Below are positions 1 to 8,002 of a DNA stretch of 64,000 bases, piece after piece. Under the pieces are notes generated by a model that saw only the letters and a program-made list of their open reading frames with translations, was not told the DNA's origin and made no database searches. This DNA is from Nitrospirota bacterium (GTDB lineage: Bacteria > Nitrospirota > Thermodesulfovibrionia > Thermodesulfovibrionales > JdFR-86). Where the stretch lies: the NCBI GenBank assembly GCA_963721805.1, contig CAVRJY010000006.1:1-64000 (forward strand), written 5' to 3'. Each line of letters begins with the position of its first letter. The stretch's first letter is position 1. Position numbers and translations under genes: made by a program.

Positions 1-377
1 GCCTCGCGCGAGCACAGAAACACGCTCTTGAGGTTCGTGTCGATCACCGAGGCCCAGTCCTCGTCCTTCATGCGCATCAGGAGGCCGTCGCGGGTGATCC
101 CGGCGTTGTTTACCAGGATATCTATGCGGCCCATCCGCTCGGCCGCAGCCTTAAACCCCTCGGCCACGCTCGCCGGGTCGGACACGTTCATCTTAAGCGG
201 CATGGTCCTGACGCCGAAGTGCGCCATCTCGGCGGCCGCCTTCCGGGTGCCCTCCTCGGTGGTGCCGACTACGACCACGTCCGCGCCAGCGGACGCGAGC
301 CCGTGCGCTATGGCGCGGCCTATCCCCCTCGTGGCGCCCGTTACGAGCGCAACCTGTCCGTTAAGGTCGATCTTCAT
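1..377 (-). CDS. fabG: 3-oxoacyl-ACP reductase (SDR), 3' end runs off the window
   Basis: Manual minus-strand translation from ATG 377: MKIDLNGQVALVTGATRGIGRAIA...DILVNNAGITRDGLLMRMKDEDW; TGxxxGIG and NNAGITRD motifs. Confidence 0.9.
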   Translation of the reverse strand, partial: MKIDLNGQVALVTGATRGIGRAIAHGLASAGADVVVVGTTEEGTRKAAAEMAHFGVRTMPLKMNVSDPASVAEGFKAAAERMGRIDILVNNAGITRDGLLMRMKDEDWASVIDTNLKSVFLCSRE

Positions 378-449
378 AGATTATTGCCTCAAAAATCACG
401 CTCATTGTATCAGAAAACTCAGGGGCTTTTCCACTTACTAACCACAATA

Positions 450-3113
450 TCAGGAGTGAGGGCCGCGCCTGCGCATATATAACTTTAGCATCTCCATCAG
501 GACGAAAACCACCACGCAGAAGCCGAAAATCGCCCCGAGGTCCGCCGCCCGCGGCATCCCGATGCCGAATGCGTCCCTGACCGCGGGCAGGTGGATCAGG
601 AGCGCGATCAGCACCGCCTCCCAAAATACCGCGAGCAGGAGCCACTTGTGCGGCGGGGCCGTAAATACCCCGTAGCGGAGCGAGCGGAAGTTAAGCGCTA
701 TCGCGAACTCGACGATGATAAAGAGGAAAAACAGCCTCGTGCGCGCCAGCTCCAGATCCGGCAGCGAATGGAAGAACGTCCACAGGAAGACCGGGGCCTC
801 GACGAGCAGCGCCAGGCTCACGAAGATCAGGACCTCGCGCGAAAATACGCTCTCGTCCGGGCGGCGCGGCGGGCGGCTCATGATGTCGGGATCCGGCGGG
901 GCCACGCCCAGAGCGAGCGCGGGCAGGCCGTCAGTGGCCAGATTGATATAGAGGATCGCCGCAGGCAACAGCGGCAGGTGCTCCGGGCCGGTCACGAGCA
1001 CGACGCCCCCGATCACGATCACCTCCGAGACGTTGCACCTAAGCAGGTATGTCAGGTACTTCTTAATGTTGTCGTAGATCCACCGGCCCCGCTCTATGGC
1101 GCTCACTATCGTGGCGAAATTGTCGTCCCCGAGCACCATGTCCGCGGCCTCGCGGGCCACCTCCGTGCCGCTGATACCCATCGCTATGCCGATGTCAGCG
1201 TGCTTAAGCGCGGGGGCGTCGTTTACGCCGTCGCCGGTCATCGCCACGACCTCGCCCCGTGCCTTCCAGGCCCGGACGATCTTGAGCTTGTCCATCGGCG
1301 AGACGCGCGCGTAGACGCTGACCTTATCCACTATACGGGCGAACTCCGCGTCGCCCATCGCCTCAAGCTCCTCGCCCGTAAGCGCGATGTCGCCCTCGTC
1401 ATAGATGCCCATCTCGCGGGCCACGGCCATGGCCGTAAGCTTGTGGTCGCCTGTGATCATCACCGTACGCATATGCACCGCCCGGCAGGTAGCCACCGCC
1501 TCTATGGCTTCCGGCCTCGGGGGGTCCATCATCCCTACGAGCCCCAGAAATGTGAGGTCGCCTTCCGGGTCCTCGCAGGTCTTCGCGTGGCCGCAGGACG
1601 CGAGCCCCAGCACGCGCAGGGCCGACGAGGCCATCTGTGCGTTGGCAGCCGATATCGCCGCCCTGTCCTCTTCGGTAAGCTGCCTGATGGTTCCGTCCGG
1701 GTCCATGATCGTCGAGCACCGTCTCAGCACTACCTCTGGCGCACCCTTTGAGTATGCGACGAGGGCTGTGCCCCTTCCCACGACCACGGTCATCATCTTG
1801 CGCTCGGAGCTGAACGGGACCTCGGTGATGCGCGGCGCTTCGACCCTCAGCTTGCGGTAATCGAGCCCTGCCTTCGCGGCCAGCACGAGGAGGCTGGCCT
1901 CGGTCGAGTCGCCCTTGATCGACCAGCGGGATTCTTGCTCATATAGCTCCGAATCGTTGCAGAGAGCGCCCGCGCGCAGGAGTTCAGCGAGCGCCGGGCT
2001 CTCGGCGTGAGGGCTGAGTTCGCCCTTCGGCTCATAGCCCGCGCCCGAGACGTCAACATACGCGCCGCCGCTATAGAGCCTCCGGACGGTCATCTCGGCC
2101 TTGGTGAGGGTGCCGGTCTTGTCGGTGCAAATAACGGTCGTGCAGCCTAGGGTCTCGACCGCCGGCATCTTCCTTATAAGCGCGTGCCGCTTGGCCATCT
2201 CGCGCATGCCTATAGCGAGCGCGCCGGTCACTATCGCGGCGAGCGCCTCGGGCACTGCGGCCACCGCGAGCGATATCGCGAACATCGCCATCAGGACGGC
2301 CTCGTCCATCGTGAGCGTGCCATCCTCATAAGCGCGGACCAGGCTCACGAGCATTATCACTGCACATATGACGAGCGCGCCGATGCCGAGCCACCGGCCG
2401 ATCTCGGCCGTGCGCCGCTCTAGCGGGGTGGGCTCGGTCTTGACTGCCGCTACCTCTTTAGCAATCTTCCCAAGCTCGGTCGTCATGCCGGTCTCGGTCA
2501 CGACCGCCCTCGCGCGGCCGTATGTGACGATGCCCCCGGTGTGGGCCATGTCCGTGCGGTCGCCGATCTGGGCCTCAACCCTCACCGCCTCGGTGGACTT
2601 CTCGACCGGCATCGACTCGCCTGTAAGCGCGGCCTCATCGAGCGTGAGTGACGCGACCTCAAAGAGCCTCGCATCTGCCGGTATCCGATCTCCGGCCTCA
2701 AGCGCTATAACGTCTCCGGGGACGATCTCGGTCGCGTCAATCGTGGTCTCGGCCCCGTCTCGGAGCACCGAGGCGGTGGCGCGGAGCATATCCCTTAATG
2801 ACTCTATCGCGCGCTCGGCGCGGTATTCCTGAATGAACCCGAGCACCGCCGAGAACACGACGATCGCGGCGATAATCATGGCATCGGTTTTCTCCCCTAC
2901 CATGAGAGATAGCGCGGTCGCCGCAAGCAAGATTATTATGAGCGTGTTCTTGAACTGGCCCAGAAACATCGAGAGCGGCGAGGGCCTGTCCTCGCGCTGA
3001 AGCGCGTTCGGGCCGAACCTGGCAAGCCGCGTTTGGGCCTCTTCGGACGTAAGCCCCTTGGGCCCGCTGCCGAGCTTTTCAAAGGTATCTTGAATTGTGA
3101 GCGAATGCCACAT
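450..3113 (-). CDS. Cation-transporting P-type ATPase (P2A, Ca2+-type)
   Basis: TGES, AAVPEAL, DKTGTLT, MITGD, GDGVNDAPALK motifs; start trimmed to MWHSL (3113), uncertain. Confidence 0.9.
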   Translation of the reverse strand: MWHSLTIQDTFEKLGSGPKGLTSEEAQTRLARFGPNALQREDRPSPLSMFLGQFKNTLIIILLAATALSLMVGEKTDAMIIAAIVVFSAVLGFIQEYRAERAIESLRDMLRATASVLRDGAETTIDATEIVPGDVIALEAGDRIPADARLFEVASLTLDEAALTGESMPVEKSTEAVRVEAQIGDRTDMAHTGGIVTYGRARAVVTETGMTTELGKIAKEVAAVKTEPTPLERRTAEIGRWLGIGALVICAVIMLVSLVRAYEDGTLTMDEAVLMAMFAISLAVAAVPEALAAIVTGALAIGMREMAKRHALIRKMPAVETLGCTTVICTDKTGTLTKAEMTVRRLYSGGAYVDVSGAGYEPKGELSPHAESPALAELLRAGALCNDSELYEQESRWSIKGDSTEASLLVLAAKAGLDYRKLRVEAPRITEVPFSSERKMMTVVVGRGTALVAYSKGAPEVVLRRCSTIMDPDGTIRQLTEEDRAAISAANAQMASSALRVLGLASCGHAKTCEDPEGDLTFLGLVGMMDPPRPEAIEAVATCRAVHMRTVMITGDHKLTAMAVAREMGIYDEGDIALTGEELEAMGDAEFARIVDKVSVYARVSPMDKLKIVRAWKARGEVVAMTGDGVNDAPALKHADIGIAMGISGTEVAREAADMVLGDDNFATIVSAIERGRWIYDNIKKYLTYLLRCNVSEVIVIGGVVLVTGPEHLPLLPAAILYINLATDGLPALALGVAPPDPDIMSRPPRRPDESVFSREVLIFVSLALLVEAPVFLWTFFHSLPDLELARTRLFFLFIIVEFAIALNFRSLRYGVFTAPPHKWLLLAVFWEAVLIALLIHLPAVRDAFGIGMPRAADLGAIFGFCVVVFVLMEMLKLYMRRRGPHS

Positions 3114-3204
3114 TTTCACGCATATCATATCATGCCCAGCCTGATTCAAGAATCCCCCCATGATGCCGATAAGAGAGTAGAAGGAACGATGGAGGAGGCC
3201 AGGG

Positions 3205-3459
3205 ATGGCGATACTTGCGGATAACGAGATACGGTATTCATATATCCAATATGATGATGTCGACTTTAGCACCACCAAGTCCCTGATCGAGTCGGGCGTG
3301 TTTCATATCTTTTTGCTGGCGGGGAAGAAGTGGGACATAGAGGTATCGCAAATCACCGAAGACTTCAGGGATTACGTCGTATTCCACGAAATACCGTCAT
3401 ACGTCACCGGAAGTATTCATAGCGCAAATAGAGCTAACAAAAGCGGGATGGTTCTGTAA
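3205..3459 (+). CDS. Small hypothetical protein (84 aa)
   Basis: Strong SD (GGAGGAGG) 7 nt before ATG; globular-looking composition; no motif recognised. Confidence 0.55.
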   Translation: MAILADNEIRYSYIQYDDVDFSTTKSLIESGVFHIFLLAGKKWDIEVSQITEDFRDYVVFHEIPSYVTGSIHSANRANKSGMVL

Positions 3460-3466
3460 CCTCCGC

Positions 3467-3589
3467 AAAGCCGCGCCAAATCACTTGATACTGCGTCATC
3501 CGTCGAAAATCGTCCTCAGAGTACATCACAGTACACCTGCGGGACGATTTTCTCCTTCTTCCTTATCTGAAGACGATTTCTCGCGCTTT
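3467..3589 (+). repeat. Palindromic hairpin repeat, copy 1 (RPE/MITE-like)
   Basis: AAAGC..GATACTGCGTC..GAAAATCGTCC..GTAC-loop-GTAC..GGACGATTTTC..TTCCTTATCTG..GCTTT; homologous to 7058-7177 and 7245-7369. Confidence 0.85.
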
Positions 3590-3649
3590 AAGTTTCCATT
3601 GCCTAATCGTGCGAAATGTCGCACAAATTGTTTGATTCTGAAGCAATTG

Positions 3650-5365
3650 TTATTTTCTAAACACTATTGGAAGATAATATTGACGAGCAGAAAGCAAATC
3701 ATTTGGATTTTCACATACGAGAAAACCAATATGGCACAAAAAAGCAACAAATTGCCACAATGCTATTTCATTATCGATCTGTGTTATTTCCTCTATATCT
3801 TTAAATGAATAGAAGATACTTTCCCTAGCATGAATTAATCGCTGCATGAAAGGCTTCCAAATAGTGGGCAGGTTTTTCAGGTAAGCATTCAAAATAGAAT
3901 CTCTAAAATTGTCATACGCGAGATTCACACACTTCTTCTTGATAAGTTTGTATTCACAATACTCATCTAATTGCACCATTATGTCAGGGTTATCTCTGTA
4001 GTAGTCCTTTGTACAAAGTAGGCACTCTCCGATAAACATTATAACGATACGAGGAGTAAGGATATTGGAACCAATGCTCAAATGTGAATCAATAAAATCA
4101 ACTAGCGCACATTCTTCAAAACCATTTCCCTCAGTACGATGATTTATATATCGTGGGAATATTGACGCAATTAATTCTCTATTAATAGCATCATTAAAAT
4201 TTATAAGTCGAGCATCTCTCATCTCGCCTTTCCCTTTACTCCTTCCTTGGATAAACCTTATTGCTGCGGAAATTGATTTACTAACAAAATTACCACCAGA
4301 ATCATTTGGAATTTGAAAGGGTGAAATGGTATTCAGTTCAGCGGAGCCCTCATTTAAATACAACGCTTCTTGATCAATATCAAAACTTAGCAGGTCTAAT
4401 TTAAATATAGACATCAGGTTGAACGCTATTCGTTGAGCTATAAGGCGTGCAATATCGTCTTTACTCCATAGAAGATCAACTTTCCTACTCGACATCTTCT
4501 CATAACCAATCGACTCAAAGTTCAGTCGCTCGTATAAGTCCGATCGCAAAAACAATTTAAGTTCGATTTGCTTATACTTCAAATAACCTCGTTCACATTC
4601 CAAGAGACCTTCTAGAAGATGTTTCTGAAATGTGTATTCTTCTTTTACAACAAACGCATCAAGATTATCAAAAAGTATAATTATTCTAAGTTTCTTAGAT
4701 AACAAATAAGTGTTTAATTCAGCTTTCGTGTTCTCCAAGTTTATTATCATGCTTAGAGCACTTTGTTCTGGTGTGGCTCCCTTCTCTACAGAAATGATTG
4801 GTGTTACGGCTGTTCCTATAGCTGAATGGTCAAATTTCAATCCTCCAGTAAATTTAAGATGAGAAAGAATATTTGTAATTGATACTTTACCTTCTTCATA
4901 GCCTAATAGTATTTTAAGTTTTTGTAAATCATCATGTAAATGTTTTGGCAAATCTGATTGCGCTTCAGCTATTTTTGCTAATAATCGGTATAAAATAAAT
5001 ACTTCCCAAAAGAAACAACATTTTACATCATCATTTTTAATCGGAGAATCTATTACATCATATAATTTTGCTTTGATTTCTGAGTAGTTCAACATTTCAT
5101 CTATTGGGAGGATGAAATCAGTCAGTCCTTGGATAGCTTTAAATGTAATCTTTCTTTCTGAGAGTAATTTAAAAAGCGTTGTCTTACCGGTTCCACGCGG
5201 TCCTACAATTAAACTTTTTGAACCTTGTAGAAAGTCTACTGCTGGACTTATTAGACAGATTCCCATATTATGGTTTAATAATGTATCGTTTTCTGGATCA
5301 GCGCTGCCTATGTTGAATTCTACAAGCGATTTCAAAGGAAATGTTTTTGGCAAATTAGTTATCAA
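3650..5365 (-). CDS. P-loop ATPase, probably FunZ/Sll1717-like; AT-rich, foreign
   Basis: N-terminal IGSADPEND, Walker A GPRGTGKT, Walker B IIILFDNLD, KLFLRSD, TPR(I) motif; SD AGGAGAG before TTG; composition far more AT-rich than the flanks. Confidence 0.7.
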   Translation of the reverse strand: MITNLPKTFPLKSLVEFNIGSADPENDTLLNHNMGICLISPAVDFLQGSKSLIVGPRGTGKTTLFKLLSERKITFKAIQGLTDFILPIDEMLNYSEIKAKLYDVIDSPIKNDDVKCCFFWEVFILYRLLAKIAEAQSDLPKHLHDDLQKLKILLGYEEGKVSITNILSHLKFTGGLKFDHSAIGTAVTPIISVEKGATPEQSALSMIINLENTKAELNTYLLSKKLRIIILFDNLDAFVVKEEYTFQKHLLEGLLECERGYLKYKQIELKLFLRSDLYERLNFESIGYEKMSSRKVDLLWSKDDIARLIAQRIAFNLMSIFKLDLLSFDIDQEALYLNEGSAELNTISPFQIPNDSGGNFVSKSISAAIRFIQGRSKGKGEMRDARLINFNDAINRELIASIFPRYINHRTEGNGFEECALVDFIDSHLSIGSNILTPRIVIMFIGECLLCTKDYYRDNPDIMVQLDEYCEYKLIKKKCVNLAYDNFRDSILNAYLKNLPTIWKPFMQRLIHARESIFYSFKDIEEITQIDNEIALWQFVAFLCHIGFLVCENPNDLLSARQYYLPIVFRK

Positions 5366-5530
5366 TAATCTCTCCTGTAATTATTAATTTCTACTAAAAT
5401 AGCTAATCATAATTGCGCATGTCAAGATTATTATTCTTTATCTTTGATCGTTTGCTAAAACATCGCACACAAATTCCCCGAACACCGATACCGAACGCGT
5501 TTATTTATCCCATACCACAACTCCCCGGAA

Positions 5531-6730
5531 TGTAAAGGTTACGCTCTTACCGGACAGTATCAGGCTGGAAAAAGCAGGCGGCAGCCAGCCCTTCCATCGG
5601 TTAGAATGTTTCACCACAAAACACAGACCGAAGGAGGAAGGGCATGACTGCCAAAGAAAAGATATCACAAGGGAGGCTTTCAATGCTTCAGCTGGCCGAG
5701 AGGCTCAGGAACGTGTCGGAGGCCTGTCGCCGCCGGGGGGTGAGCCGCAGCCAGTTTTACGAGTACAAGCGGGCGTTTCAGGAGCAGGGGTTTGCGGGGC
5801 TCGCGGACCTTCCGCCGATAGCGCGTAGCTGTCCCCACAAGACGCCTGAGGAGGCCCGCAAGCGAGTGATCGAGATGAGCCTTGCTCACCCCCGGTGGGG
5901 GAAGCAGCGCATCTTCGAGCACCTGCTTCTGGAGGGCATATTGGTGCGTCCCTCAACTGTGTATCGCATCCAGGTTCGCGAGGGGCTGGAGTCGAAGGCC
6001 AAGCGCATCCTCCGGCTTGAGCAGGAGGCTAACGGCAAGGAGATCGAGCTAACGGAGGAGCAGGTCAAGCTCATCGAGCGGGCCAATCCGTGCTTCAGGG
6101 AAAGGCATGTGGAGAGCGCATATCCGGGCTATCTGCTCAGCCAGGACACCTTCACGGTGGGCAAGCTCAAGGGCATCGGGACCGTGTATCTGCAGGCCGT
6201 GGTGGACACGTACGGCTCTTATGCCTTCGGCAAGCTGTACACGTCGAAGAGGCCCGAGACGGCGGCCGACGTGCTCTACGACCGCGTGCTGCCGTTTTAC
6301 GAGGACCATGGCATCAGGGTCCAGCATGTCCTGACGGACAACGGCTCGGAGTACTGCGGCAAGCTGCTGCGGCATCCGTACGAGCTGTTTCTGGCGCTTC
6401 ACGACATCGCGCATCGAAGGACGAAGGTGGCGACACCGAGGACAAACGGATTCGTGGAGCGGTTTAATCGCACCATCCTGGACGAGTTCTTCTCGGAGAC
6501 GTTCAGGTACCGGTTCTACGCATCGCTCGATGAGCTGCAGTATGACCTCGACCGGTGGCTGCACCACTACAACAACGAGCGCCCTCACAAGGGCTATCGC
6601 AACATGGGCAGACGGCCAATAGAAACTATCGAGCTGGGCAAAAAGCTAAGACAGAAAGCTGAGGAGGAGGCCGCCTGATCAGTGCGACCGATGAGATGGA
6701 AAACTGTCCGGAGAGCACTGGACTTTTACA
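5531..6730 (+). mobile_element. IS481-family insertion sequence, 1200 bp
   Basis: TGT...ACA ends; imperfect IRs TGTAAAGGTTACGCTCTTACCGGACAGT / TGTAAAAGTCCAGTGCTCTCCGGACAGT; 8-bp target duplication CCCCGGAA at 5523-5530 and 6731-6738. Confidence 0.93.
5644..6678 (+). CDS. IS481-family DDE transposase
   Basis: N-terminal HTH (NVSEACRRRGVSRSQFY), rve core (QDTF, TDNGSEY, PRTNGFVERFNRT, YNNERPH). Confidence 0.93.
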   Translation: MTAKEKISQGRLSMLQLAERLRNVSEACRRRGVSRSQFYEYKRAFQEQGFAGLADLPPIARSCPHKTPEEARKRVIEMSLAHPRWGKQRIFEHLLLEGILVRPSTVYRIQVREGLESKAKRILRLEQEANGKEIELTEEQVKLIERANPCFRERHVESAYPGYLLSQDTFTVGKLKGIGTVYLQAVVDTYGSYAFGKLYTSKRPETAADVLYDRVLPFYEDHGIRVQHVLTDNGSEYCGKLLRHPYELFLALHDIAHRRTKVATPRTNGFVERFNRTILDEFFSETFRYRFYASLDELQYDLDRWLHHYNNERPHKGYRNMGRRPIETIELGKKLRQKAEEEAA

Positions 6731-6734
6731 CCCC

Positions 6735-6802
6735 GGAACTGGTCAATAGGAACTGGTTCCTAGGAACCAGTTCCTAGGAATCGGTTCCCATGGACGCGTT
6801 CC
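6735..6802. repeat. 14-bp-period array of GGAAC-NN-GTTCC palindromes, including a perfect 30-bp palindrome (6747-6776)
   Basis: ggaactggtcaata/ggaactggttccta/ggaaccagttccta/ggaatcggttccca/tggacgcgttcc. Confidence 0.85.
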
Positions 6803-7057
6803 GCCGAGAAGTTCTATCATCGCGCATGATGAATATAAAGACAACAATAGTTAGACTAACAAACACTCAAGAAAAACCATTCGAAGATCGCGGACATGGA
6901 CGATGGTTCCAACGAAAAACGTTTCTGAACGCATGAACATGGAGGATCGTAGAAAGTTCATGTTTTCCGCTGGGTTAGAGGTGCGCTTTGCTTGTTCATT
7001 TGAACGCTCTAAAAAAAATGCGCGCACGGGCGCGCGCGGTAAGTATGTATATAACTG

Positions 7058-7177
7058 AAAGCGGCTGCAATTGCGGGATACTGCGTCACTGCCTCGAAAA
7101 ATGTCCTCAACGTACGTTCAGTACGCCTCCGGGCATTTTCCTCGGCGTTCCTTGTCTGCCGCAATATCGCTCGCTTT
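7058..7177 (+). repeat. Palindromic hairpin repeat, copy 2
   Basis: GAAAGC..GATACTGCGTC..GAAAAATGTCC..CGTAC-loop-GTACG..GGGCATTTTC..TTCCTTGTCTG..GCTTTC. Confidence 0.85.
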
Positions 7178-7244
7178 CATGGGCGGTGTTAGCGATGCCG
7201 TTGACCTTGTGGGGCGCGGGGGGCGACCTTCTTCCGTGCCCCCC

Positions 7245-7369
7245 GAAAGCGCGCCCAAATCGGCTTCAGACAAGGCAGGGCGAAAAGACCGCCCGATGGT
7301 GTACTTGGGCGTACATAGAGGGCGAGTCTTTGATGCCCAACGCAGTATCAAGCGATTTGGAGCGCTTTC
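7245..7369 (-). repeat. Palindromic hairpin repeat, copy 3 (inverted)
   Basis: Reverse complement reads GAAAGCGCTCCAAATCGCTTGATACTGCGTT..GTAC-loop-GTAC..TGCCTTGTCTGAAGCCGATTTGGGCGCGCTTTC; outer arms closest to copy 1. Confidence 0.85.
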
Positions 7370-7380
7370 AGAAAGGCTCG

Positions 7381-7914
7381 CTATGCAGCTTCTTCCCTTT
7401 GCAGGTCTTTAAGGGTGGGGAGTTCGGACAGCGAATTCAGCCCAAAATACTGGAGAAATTCTTTCGTGGTGCCGTACAGGATAGGTTTCCCCGGCGCTTC
7501 CTTCTTCCCCACTATCTCTATCAGCCGCTTGTCGAGGAGCGACTTCATCACGCCATCCGCGTTGACGCCGCGCAGTTCTTCAACCTCGACCTTGGTAAGC
7601 GGCTGCTTGTACGCGATGATCGCCAGCGTCTCAAGCGATGCGGGCGAGAGCTTCTGGGCCTTCACCACGCCCATCAGCTTGCGGGCCCATTCGGTCATGC
7701 CCGGGTTGGCGTAGAACTGATATCCGCCAGCGAGTCTGCCAAGCAGCATGCCGCCATCTCGCTCGGCGTAGTCCTCGACGAGTTCGTCCAGGAGGCCCGT
7801 GATTTCTTCAGGCTGAAGCCCCGTGGGGCCTTTAAGCTCGGCCGGGCTTACGGGCTCGGAGGAGAGAAAAAGTATGGCCTCAAGCATGGCCTTCATGCGG
7901 TCGCGGTCTTCCAT
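7381..7914 (-). CDS. scpB: SMC-Scp complex subunit ScpB
   Basis: LEAILF, LSPASLETLAIIAYKQP, PGKPILYGTTKEFLQYFGLNSLSELP. Confidence 0.95.
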   Translation of the reverse strand: MEDRDRMKAMLEAILFLSSEPVSPAELKGPTGLQPEEITGLLDELVEDYAERDGGMLLGRLAGGYQFYANPGMTEWARKLMGVVKAQKLSPASLETLAIIAYKQPLTKVEVEELRGVNADGVMKSLLDKRLIEIVGKKEAPGKPILYGTTKEFLQYFGLNSLSELPTLKDLQREEAA

Positions 7915-8002
7915 GAGAGGAAGGATAGCAAATGCCCCCCCTAAAATTCAAACAATTCCGGGCCGCTTGCATTGAAATACGGAGGTGGTATCATATATAG
8001 TT

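Noticed and set aside
591..1751. Long antisense ORFs here and opposite other genes (e.g. 11597-12967, 37798-39174, 52957-54246)
   Set aside because: Typical GC-rich codon-bias shadows with no motifs
6735..6802. CRISPR array or LexA boxes
   Set aside because: No spacers or cas genes; spacing is GAAC-N2-GTTC, not the N4 of Gram-positive LexA boxes
3457..7191. Canonical integron attC sites
   Set aside because: AAC/GTT ends exist but R/L box spacing does not fit and no integrase is present
6988..7944. 318-aa plus-strand ORF and nested ORFs
   Set aside because: Read-through of hairpin repeats and antisense of scpB
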